DNA of 46,536 nucleotides. Origin: a virus (lineage: Duplodnaviria > Caudoviricetes). Positions 1-10,462 of this stretch are shown here, piece after piece. The number at the start of each line of letters is the position of its first letter. Within the stretch, counting starts at the first letter, position 1. The notes under the pieces were generated by a model, which did not search any database, was not told the DNA's origin, and saw only the letters and a list, made by a program, of their open reading frames with translations. The translations under genes and the position numbers were made by a program. The DNA lies in the IMG/VR virus record IMGVR_UViG_3300017754_002176, positions 1 through 46,536 of that record. One strand, written 5' to 3'.

Positions 1-2
1 CT

Positions 3-107
3 GAGCGTAGAGCACCTGAAGTTGTCAACAAAGGAGGAATGCAGGTAAAGGCGGTGAGCCAAGATTCCGGAAGGGGTCTAAAAATCCGCAGTATTAAAAA
101 AGTTTAA
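3..107 (+). CDS. 3' end of upstream gene, probably capsid scaffolding protein (partial)
   Basis: Open frame ERRAPEVVNKGGMQVKAVSQDSGRGLKIRSIKKV* ending just before the major capsid gene; product inferred from position only. Confidence 0.5.
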   Translation, partial: ERRAPEVVNKGGMQVKAVSQDSGRGLKIRSIKKV

Positions 108-127
108 TAATTTAAAAAACAAACAAA

Positions 128-1549
128 ATGGCAGTTTTAGCAACTCCGGGTTTTCAGCTTCAGCCAAGTGCGGAGCAAGTCCCATTGTCCACGAACTATA
201 TTACCAACTTCAACTTCTTGAATCAGTATCTTCCTGATACTTATGAGAAGGAGTTTGAGCGTTATGGTAATCGTACTATAGCATCTTTCCTCCGTATGGT
301 AGGTGCTGAAATGCCTTCTAACTCAGACATGGTTAAGTGGGCTGAGCAAGGTCGTTTGCATACCAAGTATGTAAACTGTGATTCAAGTGCTGCAGCAGCT
401 GCTGATTCAGCAACAATTACCGTAGCTGATGCAGGCGTTACCGCTATTGCAATCCGTGCCGGTCAAACTGTTTACATCTCTGACAATGCAACAGGATTGT
501 CAAACAAGGGTATTGTAACTTCAGTAAACGTAGCTGCAAACACTTTCGTTGTTGCATACTACGAAGCAGGTGGTCAAACATTCTCCGGAACAGCTATCCT
601 TTCTGTATGGATTTACGGTTCTGAGTTCAAGAAAGGAACTATCGGAATGATTGGTTCTTTGGAATCTCAAGACGAATTCTTCAGCAACTCTCCAATCATC
701 ATCAAGGACAAATATGCTGTAAGCGGTTCTGACATGGCACAGATTGGATGGGTAGAAGTAACCACTGAGAATGGTGCTACCGGGTATCTTTGGTATTTGA
801 AGAGTGAGCACGAAACTCGTCTGCGTTTTGAGGACTACCTTGAGACTGCAATGATTGAGGCTGTTCCTGCTGAAACAGGTTCAGGTGTTGCTAACGCAGG
901 TCTTAACCCCGACTACGGTAACAAAGGTTCAGAAGGTATCTTCTACGCTGTTAACGACCGTGGTAACGTATGGGGCGGTGGAAACCCAACAACTTTGGCT
1001 GACTTTGATGCAATCATCTCTCGTCTTGACAAGCAAGGTTCTATCGAAGAGAACGTAATCTTCGTTAACCGTGCCTTCAGCTTTGACATTGACGATATGT
1101 TGGCTGCTCAGAACAGCTACGGTGCAGGTGGTACATCTTATGGTCTGTTCCAAAATGACAAAGAAATGGCTCTTAACCTTGGTTTCACAGGATTCCGCAG
1201 AGGTTATGATTTCTACAAGTCTGATTGGAAGTACCTGAATGACCCAACCATGCGTGGTGGTTTGCCAACCGGAGCTTCTGCTTCAGGCACTGTAACAGGA
1301 CTTTTGGTTCCTGCAGGTTCTACTACCGTTTACGACCAAATCCTTGGCAAGAATGCTAAGCGTCCTTTCCTCCATGTACGTTACCGTGCATCTGAGACTG
1401 AGGACAGAAGGTATAAGTCTTGGATTACTGGTTCTGCCGGTGGTGCTCAAACAAGTGACCTCGATGCAATGGAAGTCAATTTCCTTTCTGAGCGTTGCGT
1501 ATGTACCCTTGGTGCCAACAACTTCGTGTTGTTCCGCTACGGTTCATAG
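128..1549 (+). CDS. Major capsid protein
   Basis: 473 aa, first gene of the structural block, followed by a strong terminator; resembles capsid proteins of Bacteroidota podoviruses (recognition, not a search). Confidence 0.8.
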   Translation: MAVLATPGFQLQPSAEQVPLSTNYITNFNFLNQYLPDTYEKEFERYGNRTIASFLRMVGAEMPSNSDMVKWAEQGRLHTKYVNCDSSAAAAADSATITVADAGVTAIAIRAGQTVYISDNATGLSNKGIVTSVNVAANTFVVAYYEAGGQTFSGTAILSVWIYGSEFKKGTIGMIGSLESQDEFFSNSPIIIKDKYAVSGSDMAQIGWVEVTTENGATGYLWYLKSEHETRLRFEDYLETAMIEAVPAETGSGVANAGLNPDYGNKGSEGIFYAVNDRGNVWGGGNPTTLADFDAIISRLDKQGSIEENVIFVNRAFSFDIDDMLAAQNSYGAGGTSYGLFQNDKEMALNLGFTGFRRGYDFYKSDWKYLNDPTMRGGLPTGASASGTVTGLLVPAGSTTVYDQILGKNAKRPFLHVRYRASETEDRRYKSWITGSAGGAQTSDLDAMEVNFLSERCVCTLGANNFVLFRYGS

Positions 1550-1562
1550 TTAAAATAAAAAA

Positions 1563-1597
1563 GGGGAGTGTCTTTAAGGACACTCCTTCTTTTCTTT
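1563..1597 (+). terminator. Intrinsic terminator after capsid gene; its stem-loop is a copy of the GTGTC-N6-GACAC palindrome
   Basis: GGAGTGTC-TTTAAG-GACACTCC followed by TTCTTTTCTTT. Confidence 0.7.
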
Positions 1598-1617
1598 AAA
1601 AAATCAAATTATATCAA

Positions 1618-2367
1618 ATGAAAAAGAATGCTGCATTAGTAGATAAGATTTACAAGCTGAAAGGAGAAGCGGCTCCGCTTTCCTATACTCTTCCATCAAG
1701 AAACAATAAGAGGTATCCACTTCTTTGGTTTGATGAAGAAAAAAATATTAATAAACCACTCAGGTACGCAATCAACCAAAAGACTCCTTTTGAGGATGAG
1801 CAAGATGGTAATGCAATTGTGGAACCGGTTATTTTTGAGAATGGTTTTCTTAGGGTTCCTAGAAACAACCCTGCACTTCAGCAGTTTTTGTTCTACCATC
1901 CTTTGAATGGAAGGACATTTGTGGAAGTTGATAATGAAAAAGATGCAACTCAAGAGGTTGAGATACTCAATGCAGAGGTTGATGCCTTGGTTGAAGCACG
2001 TCAATTGAGCATAGAGCAGTTGGAGACCATGTCTAGGGTTTTGTTCTCTAAAGACCCATCTAGGTATACCACCGCTGAATTAAAGAGGGATATTCTTGTT
2101 TACGCTAAGAGGGACCCTAGGGGATTCCTTAATGCAGTAAGCGACCCAATGCTTAAGTTGCAGTCAAATATCCATGTATTCTTCGAGGAAAAGCTGTTGG
2201 TATTTAAGAATGGCAAGAAAGAGGTTTGGTTTAATACCGCAACCAATAAGAAAAAGATGCTGAATGTGCCTTACGGCGAAGACCCGTACGCTACCATTAC
2301 TCAGTTCCTTAAGACTGATGACGGTATTGATGTTCTTAAAATGCTAGAAAATAACATATCACAATAA
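1618..2367 (+). CDS. Conserved phage protein downstream of capsid gene
   Basis: 249-aa ORF with A-rich translation start. Confidence 0.75.
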   Translation: MKKNAALVDKIYKLKGEAAPLSYTLPSRNNKRYPLLWFDEEKNINKPLRYAINQKTPFEDEQDGNAIVEPVIFENGFLRVPRNNPALQQFLFYHPLNGRTFVEVDNEKDATQEVEILNAEVDALVEARQLSIEQLETMSRVLFSKDPSRYTTAELKRDILVYAKRDPRGFLNAVSDPMLKLQSNIHVFFEEKLLVFKNGKKEVWFNTATNKKKMLNVPYGEDPYATITQFLKTDDGIDVLKMLENNISQ

Positions 2368-2397
2368 CTCTGTGTTTGGTTTACAGTTTAAATGACC

Positions 2398-2427
2398 GGG
2401 GGGTACTTCTGTACCCTCCTTTTTTTT
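2398..2427 (+). terminator. Intrinsic terminator
   Basis: GGGGGGTAC-TTCT-GTACCCTCC followed by a T run. Confidence 0.8.
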
Positions 2428-2430
2428 AAT

Positions 2431-2438
2431 TATATTTG
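2431..2438 (+). promoter_or_regulatory. Bacteroidota-type -7 promoter box
   Basis: TATATTTG matches TAnnTTTG, 14 bp before the ATG at 2453. Similar boxes at 10038 (+), 42724 (+), 43120 (+), 45663 (+), 45892 (+), 33581-33588 (-) and 38953-38960 (-). Confidence 0.6.
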
Positions 2439-2452
2439 TAAAAAATAAACAG

Positions 2453-3208
2453 ATGATTAATTCAGTTAGGAATACTGTTTTATCCGTTTTGAACAAAAAT
2501 AATTACGGCTATATTTCTCCTTCAGACTTTAATCTGTATGCGAAACAAGCACAAATGGAAGTGTTTGAAGAATACTTTTCTGCATATAACAAGACGATAA
2601 ACATGGAGAACGCTCGCCTGTCGGGTAGTTCATACGCTGATGCTAAAAAAACAATAGAGGAATGTATTGAGGTTTTTTCACAAACATCATCTCTTACCCA
2701 AGTTACAGCTGCAACAAACAAATACTATTTGCCTTCAATCTCTACAACGGGATTTGATTATTATATGATTAATAAGGTGCTTTGTTTTGATGCATCGGGT
2801 ATGAGTAGGGTGTATAAGGGAGAAGCTGAGAAAGTCAATCATAGCAAGATAACCATGTTGCTTAACTCAATGCTTACTGCTCCAACGGAAACATATCCTG
2901 CATATACGCAAGAAGGAAGTATAATGACTGTGTATCCGGCAACCATAAATCTACCCGGTGAGGTTGATGCACAATACTTTAGGTATCCAAAAGACCCTAA
3001 GTGGACATACATTACACTGCTAAATGGTACTCCTGCATTTGACCAATCACAACCCGACTACCAAGACTTTGAGGTTCCTATAGAGGACGAGTATAAATTA
3101 GTTCTTAAAATTTTGCAATACTGTGGTATCTCCATTAGAGAGAATGAGGTTGTTCAGTTTGGAATGGTACAAGAGCAAATGCAAGAACCAAGCTTTACTG
3201 CTAAATAA
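2453..3208 (+). CDS. Tail tubular/ring (head-tail adaptor) protein
   Basis: 251 aa, Y-x-R-x-P-x-x-P motif; position between capsid and muzzle genes as in crAss-like podoviruses. Confidence 0.6.
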   Translation: MINSVRNTVLSVLNKNNYGYISPSDFNLYAKQAQMEVFEEYFSAYNKTINMENARLSGSSYADAKKTIEECIEVFSQTSSLTQVTAATNKYYLPSISTTGFDYYMINKVLCFDASGMSRVYKGEAEKVNHSKITMLLNSMLTAPTETYPAYTQEGSIMTVYPATINLPGEVDAQYFRYPKDPKWTYITLLNGTPAFDQSQPDYQDFEVPIEDEYKLVLKILQYCGISIRENEVVQFGMVQEQMQEPSFTAK

Positions 3209-3221
3209 TAAACTATAAAAG

Positions 3222-4145
3222 ATGGCATATATTTCTCAATATCAATACTACGAAAATGGTGGAGTAAACCCTAAAGATGAAAATTGGGGTTCGTACCAAT
3301 ACGTTAGCTTGTATGATATAGTAAATAATTTCTTGTTGATGTATTCCGGTAATCACTCTTTGGTGAATAACTCAGAGCGATTTAAGATTTTATTCCACGC
3401 AAAACGTGCCATTCAAGAATTAAACTACGATGCGTTTAAGGAGATTAAGATGCTACAACTTACCGTTGACGAGGGTCTTAGGTATGTTCTTCCATCTGAT
3501 TATGTAAATTGGGTTAGGGTAAACCTATATAAGGACGGTTATCTTAGACCACTTACCGAGAACATTCAGATATTGTCTTCACTAGCATACCTGCAAGACC
3601 AAACCGGTAAGATATTGTTTGACCAAAATGGCAATGCTCTTTCTCCTGAGTTTTCTGAGATTGAATTACAAAGATTGAGGGGCACAAAGAAAAGTATTTA
3701 CCTCAATCCTCAAAGCATGTACAATGGTGAATATGGTTGGGACACGGGTGGTACTTGGTATTTTGAATATACTCTTGGTGAGAGATATGGGTTGAATACT
3801 GAGACAGCAAACTTTAATCCGACATTTGCTATTGATAAGAATACGGGTGTAATCAACTTCAACTCAGACATGTATAACCAATCTGTTATACTTGAGTACA
3901 TCTCTGATGGTATGGAGAATGGTAATGATGCAAATGTTAGCGTAAATAAACTATTCGAGAAATATGTTTATGCGTATATTCAATATGAGATACTAAACTC
4001 TAAGCTTGGTGTTCAAGAGTATGTGGTTGCTAGGGCAAGAAAGGAAAAAAGTTCTTTGTTGAGAAATGCTAAAATAAGAATTAGTAACATACATTCAGGC
4101 AGATTGCTAATGAATTTGCGTGGAATGGATAAGTGGCTCAAATAA
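3222..4145 (+). CDS. Second tail ring/tubular protein
   Basis: 307 aa with LPSDYVNWVRV motif; position in structural block. Confidence 0.55.
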   Translation: MAYISQYQYYENGGVNPKDENWGSYQYVSLYDIVNNFLLMYSGNHSLVNNSERFKILFHAKRAIQELNYDAFKEIKMLQLTVDEGLRYVLPSDYVNWVRVNLYKDGYLRPLTENIQILSSLAYLQDQTGKILFDQNGNALSPEFSEIELQRLRGTKKSIYLNPQSMYNGEYGWDTGGTWYFEYTLGERYGLNTETANFNPTFAIDKNTGVINFNSDMYNQSVILEYISDGMENGNDANVSVNKLFEKYVYAYIQYEILNSKLGVQEYVVARARKEKSSLLRNAKIRISNIHSGRLLMNLRGMDKWLK

Positions 4146-4146
4146 T

Positions 4147-7100
4147 ATGGCAAACATTACAAGGAATTTCATAGCAGGTAGGATGAACAAGGTGGTTGAT
4201 GAACGCCTTGTTCCCAATGGAGAATACATTGATGCGATGAATATTCGCATGGGTTCTACCGAGAACTCAGAAATTGGAGTAATAGAAAACGTAAAAGGTA
4301 ACGATGCCCTTACCCAAATAAAATATATAGACGGCACTCCTCTTAGTGCATCTGCAAGGTGTATTGGAGCAATAGAAGATAGTGCCAATGAAACTATCTA
4401 TTGGTTTATTCACGATACAGCATTCCCCGTTGGAGATACAGGAAAGCTTGATATGATAGTTTCTTTTAATGTGTACACCAATGTACTGACGTATCATGTT
4501 ATTAGTATCGATGATGGAGGAGGTATTAGCACTACCCTTAACTTTAATGAGAAGTATCTTATAACGGGAGTAGATATTGTAGATAATCTTGTTTTTTTTA
4601 CTGATGATTATAATCCTCCTAGAGTTATAAATAGGAAAAGGAATTACCCAAATCCTGTAGCAAACATAGACCAATTCAGTGAAGAGTCTATTCTTGTAAT
4701 CAAGAAGCCTCCTATTGAGTCACCTGCTGTTCAGCCCATAACTACGGGTGCTCAGGATGTTTTTATGCAGACTAGGTACATCTGTTTTGCTTACAGGTAT
4801 CGATACCAAGACAATGAGTACTCAGCTACTTCTCAGTTTTCAGCACCTGCATTCTTGCCTAAACCATTTGATTTTAGTATTAATAGTTACCTAAATGAGG
4901 GTATGATTAATGCTGCAAACTCAGCAATTGTAACATACAATTCAGGCGGTCCATTGGTTGTTGGTATTGACTTGCTATTTAAAGAAGCTCAGAGTAATGT
5001 AATTAGGATAATAGAAAAGTTAGACAAGTCTATTTTAGGATTGTCAGACAATACTGAGTATACCTATACGTTTAGCAACAGCAAGATATTCACAATTCTT
5101 CCCGAATCTGAATTGCTAAGGCTTTACGACAACGTACCACTTCTTGCCAAGGCTCAGACAATTATGGGCAACAGGTTGATGTATGGTAACTACGTAGAAG
5201 GTTATGACTTAATTGACAAGGACGGTAGTGCTGTAAAGTTTGAGTACGATGTTGAGTTAATAACTGAATTAATAGATACAACTACCCTTACGGATACTAC
5301 AGGAAGTGGTAATTATACTTTCAATGGTTCTCAAACAATACCAAACTCTGTTGTTTACTTTGATTTAGCTGATTCAGAACTCATCGAAGGTTCTTCCGTT
5401 ACGCTTGAGGTAAGGATTAACCATAATTCATTCTCAGGTATTGCTCCATTTCCAACTGAAATATCAGAAAACATTTCAGCTACATTCTCATTTTCTTTGC
5501 CTACAACATATACATCAGTATATGAGATGGCAACTAGCATTGAGTTTCAAGATATGGTTGGAACGGTTGCAAACATTCAACCTATAGCTACTGCTTGTAA
5601 TGGTACAACATTTACAGACCAAATCAATTGCGCTTTACCAAACAACTTAGATGCTCTTATTAAGTATGAGAGTGGTATAAGTGCCGGCAATCAAGGAATT
5701 GGTATTATAACCACTCCTGCAAGTACGCTAATAGGGTTTCAGTTCTTGGCAATGAGGTATGTTGATAATACTACTACTCCCGTTCAGAGTGTTTACGAGT
5801 ACTATGAGGTTGTGTTTGCAGAAGCTACATACCAAAGAATAAACTCACCAAGAAGTCTTCATAGCAACAGAGGATATGAGATTGGTATAGTTTACATGGA
5901 TGATTTTAATAGGTCATCAACTGCGTTGGTTAGTCCTAACAACACTGTAAGCGTTCCATGTTCAGCATCAGATACCAAGAACAGCATTCAAGTTACAATA
6001 CCAAGTACACAGATTGCTCCCTATTGGGCGACTAGGTATAAGTTTGTAATTAAGCCTGACGAGGAGAACTACGATACCATATACAGCAGCGTATTCTTTA
6101 ACGACCCATTGTCTAACGATGCATTCTTCCTTCTTGAGGGAGAGAATGCTAGGAAGATTGAGCAGGGAGATAGGTTGATTGTTAAGGCTGATACTAGCGG
6201 TCCAACAAATAGTTGCGTCTATGCAACAGTTCTTGAGAAAGAAGCTAAGGCAGAAGGGTTTATAACTATACCAAGTGAACTAGACCCTGCTGTTGATATA
6301 CCTGTTCCATCGGGAGTTTACATGAAAATTAATCCAAGCAACTTTGCTGTTGTTCAAGATGAACTTTCAATCATTGCACCCGGAACTCTTCAGTTTGATG
6401 AGAATACACCGGGAGAGTTTGTGTTAGGTCAGTATCCAATGAACAGGTTTGATACCGCTACAAGTGCTTGGGTTGACTATGACGTACCGGCAGGAAGCAG
6501 AATAAAAATATCATTTAAGTTTCAAAGGCTTGGAACCGGTGACGGGAATAGTGCCTGCGAGAAAAGAATATACACATTAGAAAAAACACTAATATCTTCT
6601 TCCACTTATAACAACATGAAGGATTGGTGGGATGGAGACAATGTCGCTCAAGTAATTGACGATGGTGTTCAAGATGTTGGTGCAGGCGGTGGCGTTATCA
6701 ACAACACCTATATCTCTACATTGGCATCTTCAGTATTTGATATACCAACAGCTGTAGATACCAACTACTATAGGTTCTATAGGAACGGAGCAACGAATCA
6801 ATTGCAACTTCTTCTTTCTGGTACAGTAAGGTGCACGGGCGTATTGTCTGCTTCAAAAAGAAGGTCAACCATTATTGCTAACGTAGAAGTATTTAGGGCA
6901 GAGACCACATTAATATTCGAGACAGAGCCGTCAGATGCTTTGCCTGATGTATTCTTTGAGAACGATTTATCATTCTCTATTGATGCTGATGGTAATCATA
7001 GTGGCAATGTTCAAGACCAAGATATAATAACGGGTACTCCTGCAATTGTAAACACTGAGTTCTTTAATTGCTTCTGCTTTGGCAACGGAGCTGAGAGTTA

Positions 7101-8556
7101 TAAGATTAGGGATTCGATTGTTGGAAAGACGTTCAACTTGGGTAACAGGGTTACTTCTGTAGCTGCCCAAGACTATAAGCAATCAGACAGGTTTGCTGAC
7201 ATTACTTACAGCGGAACGTACAATGACGAGTCTAACATCAATAGATTCAATGAGTTTAACATTGGACTAATAAATTACAAAGCACTTGAGGATTCTTTTG
7301 GACCTATTTACAAGATGGACGGTCGTGAAACAGATGTACTTGTTTTACAGGAAGATAAAATATCTTACGTCTTGGCAGGTAAAAACCTTCTTTCGGATTC
7401 TGCAGCAGGTGGTGCTATCACTTCGGTCCCTGAAGTTTTGGGTACACAAATAGCTAGGGTTGAGAAGTATGGCATTAGTTTTAACCCTGAGAGTTATGTT
7501 CAGTGGGGATATGACAGATACTTTACTGATGTAAAGCGTGGTGCTGTAATCCAATTGAAAGGAAACTCTTATAGTAATGACCAACTTCGTGTGGTATCTG
7601 AGAGTGGAATGAGGACTTATTTTAGGGATACATTTATTGAATCAATGAATACTCAAAAGCTTGGAGGTTTTGACCCATATCTTAATGAGTATGTATTGAG
7701 TATTAATGAGAACCTATTGCCTAGTATAGTAGAGTGTGTAGATTGTGGAATATCTCAAACAACTACAGTACTTGCAGGTGCAACTTTAAATTATTGCGTA
7801 GAGCTAGGTCCAATAGTAGGACTTGTTACTATTGACTATGAAGTTCCTGCATTGTCGACAGGTGAATTTACTGTTATAGCTACATACAACGGGACACCTG
7901 TTTCTTCAGGATTGGTCTCTGCATCGGGTTCTATATCTTTTAACAAAGATGAAAATAGCATAAACTTTGTTGACATATCTGTAATTGCAAATGATGAAAT
8001 AAGCATAAGCGTTACAACACAGTGTCCTGTTTCTGCTTTGCTTACCATAATAGAAGTGTGTGTAACTAGTAATACTGATTCGGGTTTGTTTATACATAAT
8101 GAACACAGGTATACCAACGGAGCATATACATCTCCATTACAATCAAACTTAGTTACGTTTGCAACGGGAACAGAGAGCCCATTGGTTTCTAGGTACAATG
8201 CATCAACAGGCTATCCGGGCACAGGTGGTTTCCCTCCTGCAGCAAGTACAATGAGGCTTGCATCAAACAAGATTGGGTTTGATACCTTTGATTTTGACAT
8301 AGCATCTGACAACTTCATGTACTTAAGAACCAATACCCTTTATAATAATATAGCATCTGAAATAGCTACACTGTTGGGATTAGCTACTTCAATTGCTCCT
8401 GTTGCAGGTGGAACGGGATATTATTATGGTGATTTCACAGTACCTTCGGTAGGACAGTATTTATATATTATTTGGGACTATAGAAACTCAAACCCATTAA
8501 CATTGTGCTATAGTGATGTAGACCAATTTGATGCATGCTGTTTGTGTGGTGGTTAA
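4147..8556 (+). CDS. Tail stabilization/muzzle (nozzle) protein, P22 gp10-like, with inserted beta-rich domains
   Basis: N-terminus F-x-x-G-R-MNKxxDERLVPNGEYIDAMNIR is typical of this family; start moved to ATG 4147, just after the upstream stop. Confidence 0.7.
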   Translation: MANITRNFIAGRMNKVVDERLVPNGEYIDAMNIRMGSTENSEIGVIENVKGNDALTQIKYIDGTPLSASARCIGAIEDSANETIYWFIHDTAFPVGDTGKLDMIVSFNVYTNVLTYHVISIDDGGGISTTLNFNEKYLITGVDIVDNLVFFTDDYNPPRVINRKRNYPNPVANIDQFSEESILVIKKPPIESPAVQPITTGAQDVFMQTRYICFAYRYRYQDNEYSATSQFSAPAFLPKPFDFSINSYLNEGMINAANSAIVTYNSGGPLVVGIDLLFKEAQSNVIRIIEKLDKSILGLSDNTEYTYTFSNSKIFTILPESELLRLYDNVPLLAKAQTIMGNRLMYGNYVEGYDLIDKDGSAVKFEYDVELITELIDTTTLTDTTGSGNYTFNGSQTIPNSVVYFDLADSELIEGSSVTLEVRINHNSFSGIAPFPTEISENISATFSFSLPTTYTSVYEMATSIEFQDMVGTVANIQPIATACNGTTFTDQINCALPNNLDALIKYESGISAGNQGIGIITTPASTLIGFQFLAMRYVDNTTTPVQSVYEYYEVVFAEATYQRINSPRSLHSNRGYEIGIVYMDDFNRSSTALVSPNNTVSVPCSASDTKNSIQVTIPSTQIAPYWATRYKFVIKPDEENYDTIYSSVFFNDPLSNDAFFLLEGENARKIEQGDRLIVKADTSGPTNSCVYATVLEKEAKAEGFITIPSELDPAVDIPVPSGVYMKINPSNFAVVQDELSIIAPGTLQFDENTPGEFVLGQYPMNRFDTATSAWVDYDVPAGSRIKISFKFQRLGTGDGNSACEKRIYTLEKTLISSSTYNNMKDWWDGDNVAQVIDDGVQDVGAGGGVINNTYISTLASSVFDIPTAVDTNYYRFYRNGATNQLQLLLSGTVRCTGVLSASKRRSTIIANVEVFRAETTLIFETEPSDALPDVFFENDLSFSIDADGNHSGNVQDQDIITGTPAIVNTEFFNCFCFGNGAESYKIRDSIVGKTFNLGNRVTSVAAQDYKQSDRFADITYSGTYNDESNINRFNEFNIGLINYKALEDSFGPIYKMDGRETDVLVLQEDKISYVLAGKNLLSDSAAGGAITSVPEVLGTQIARVEKYGISFNPESYVQWGYDRYFTDVKRGAVIQLKGNSYSNDQLRVVSESGMRTYFRDTFIESMNTQKLGGFDPYLNEYVLSINENLLPSIVECVDCGISQTTTVLAGATLNYCVELGPIVGLVTIDYEVPALSTGEFTVIATYNGTPVSSGLVSASGSISFNKDENSINFVDISVIANDEISISVTTQCPVSALLTIIEVCVTSNTDSGLFIHNEHRYTNGAYTSPLQSNLVTFATGTESPLVSRYNASTGYPGTGGFPPAASTMRLASNKIGFDTFDFDIASDNFMYLRTNTLYNNIASEIATLLGLATSIAPVAGGTGYYYGDFTVPSVGQYLYIIWDYRNSNPLTLCYSDVDQFDACCLCGG

Positions 8557-8571
8557 ATAAAAAATAATTAT

Positions 8572-9210
8572 ATGGCAATTTCAGCAACATATTACTTAGA
8601 CGCACCTTCACTTGGTTCTGCATCCATTATCTATAGCGATGCAGCTTTGACTACCGTTGCAGCAGACGGTTACTACTCTGATGGTATAATAGTTCGTGAG
8701 CAAGTGTCAGGCGTATTGCTTCCTCAAGAAGTATGTCCATCGTGCACACCTGTAAGCTACAACTGCGTAGAGGGTACATGCGTTGACCCCGGAGATGGTA
8801 GCGGAACTTACGATACACTAGAAGAATGTATTGCTTCTTGTGGCGCAAGTCCTGTTCTTAGAATAGATTGGGCAGTTGGGAACCAAAATGGAGGTCAGTT
8901 GATTATATATAACAGCTCAATGGTAGAGCTATTAAATATAACTAGTACTTCTGCAACACCACAAAACGGGACAATATTCCCATTGGTATCAGAGATGCCG
9001 TACACTGTAAGGGGTCAGTGGTTGACCGGAAGCGGTAACATAATTCGTTATAACATTTGCAATATCATAGATGAATTATTGGTGTATGCTAGTTCGGTGA
9101 TTGACATTAGTAATCCGTATGAGGATTATGTAGTAACACCAACTCCTGTACATACACTTGTACAACTAAACGCAGGGAACGTACCTCTTGCTGCTTGTCC
9201 AATTGCTTAA
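8572..9210 (+). CDS. Cys-rich putative tail accessory protein
   Basis: 212 aa, contains SYNCVEGTCVDPGDGSGTYDTLEECIASC module. Confidence 0.55.
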   Translation: MAISATYYLDAPSLGSASIIYSDAALTTVAADGYYSDGIIVREQVSGVLLPQEVCPSCTPVSYNCVEGTCVDPGDGSGTYDTLEECIASCGASPVLRIDWAVGNQNGGQLIIYNSSMVELLNITSTSATPQNGTIFPLVSEMPYTVRGQWLTGSGNIIRYNICNIIDELLVYASSVIDISNPYEDYVVTPTPVHTLVQLNAGNVPLAACPIA

Positions 9211-9221
9211 AATAAATATAT

Positions 9222-10028
9222 ATGCCAAACGATACATTAACATATAGCGAGTCGGCTCAAGGATGGGTATCATTCTACTCATTTTATCCTGATTGGATGA
9301 TAGGTATGAACAATTACTTCTATACATTTAAGGAAGGTAATTTATATAGGCACAATGTGAACGAATCTAGAAATACGTTCTATGGGGTTTTTACACCGTC
9401 TCTCATGAGGTCTGTATTTAACGATGCCCCATTGGAGAATAAGCTGTTCAAGACTTTAAACTTAGAGGGTGATTCCGCTTGGAGTGCTACTCTTGAGACT
9501 GACATTCAAGATTCGGGATTTATTGAAAAGGATTGGTTTGAGAAGAAGGAGCAGTCTTGGTACGCTTTTGTAAGGAACTCAGGGACTACTCCTGCTCTAC
9601 CATCAGAGTACTTTCTTAGGTCAATGAATGGTATAGGCAGAAGCACTACCATAACAGGTACAGGTGCTGCTGTTCAAGTAAACTTTGTAATCGGGTCAAG
9701 TCCTATTCAGATAGGGAGTATTATAAGCATAGGTGATACGTTATACTATAACCTACCACCTTCGTTTTCTTCTCCTGTTCTTTTTGGTAAAGTAACCAAT
9801 ATACAGGTTAACTACCCGTCTTCTTTAAATAGGATTACAGTGGATACGACAATACCGGGAGCAACTATACCGGGAATACAGAATCCATATATCATGTATA
9901 TTAAGAATTCGGTAGCAGAATCTCATGGAGTTTTAGGACATTATTGTGTTTTTGAGTTGGAAAATGACTCCGCTAGTAAGATTGAGTTGTTTGCTACTGA
10001 GTCTAGTATAATGAAAAGTTATCCTTAA
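9222..10028 (+). CDS. Structural protein resembling the C-terminal part of tail stabilization proteins
   Basis: TLTYSESAQGWVSFYSFYPDWM...YFYTFKEGNLYRHN and KEQSWYAFV motifs. Confidence 0.55.
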   Translation: MPNDTLTYSESAQGWVSFYSFYPDWMIGMNNYFYTFKEGNLYRHNVNESRNTFYGVFTPSLMRSVFNDAPLENKLFKTLNLEGDSAWSATLETDIQDSGFIEKDWFEKKEQSWYAFVRNSGTTPALPSEYFLRSMNGIGRSTTITGTGAAVQVNFVIGSSPIQIGSIISIGDTLYYNLPPSFSSPVLFGKVTNIQVNYPSSLNRITVDTTIPGATIPGIQNPYIMYIKNSVAESHGVLGHYCVFELENDSASKIELFATESSIMKSYP

Positions 10029-10050
10029 AATTTTCAATATCTTTGTGTAG

Positions 10051-10461
10051 ATGGCACTTAATATACGACCATTGAACATAAATGATTACGACACCATTTT
10101 GGTGGGGTGGTGGAAGGATTGGGGATGGACTCCTCCTGAAAAGGACTTCCTCCCGGGGGATGGGACAGCAGGTATAATGGTTTTAGATGAAGAGGTTCCG
10201 GTTTGTGCAGGGTTTATGTATACCACCAATTCAAAGGTGGCTTGGATTGATTGGATAGTATCCAACAAGGATTATAGGAAGAAACCACACAGGAAAGAGG
10301 CATTATCATTACTCGTAGATACACTGACTAATATTAGTAGAAATACGGGTCATAAATATGGTTACGCATTAATAAAACACCCAAGTCTGATAGATACCTA
10401 TAAGGAATTAGGTTATATAAAAGGCGATGGGTACACAGGAGAAATGATTAAAGTATTATAA
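10051..10461 (+). CDS. GNAT-fold acetyltransferase-like protein
   Basis: 136 aa with WIVSNKDYR and YKELGY motifs; sits before the ejection genes, as T7 gp13 does. Confidence 0.55.
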   Translation: MALNIRPLNINDYDTILVGWWKDWGWTPPEKDFLPGDGTAGIMVLDEEVPVCAGFMYTTNSKVAWIDWIVSNKDYRKKPHRKEALSLLVDTLTNISRNTGHKYGYALIKHPSLIDTYKELGYIKGDGYTGEMIKVL

Positions 10462-10462
10462 T

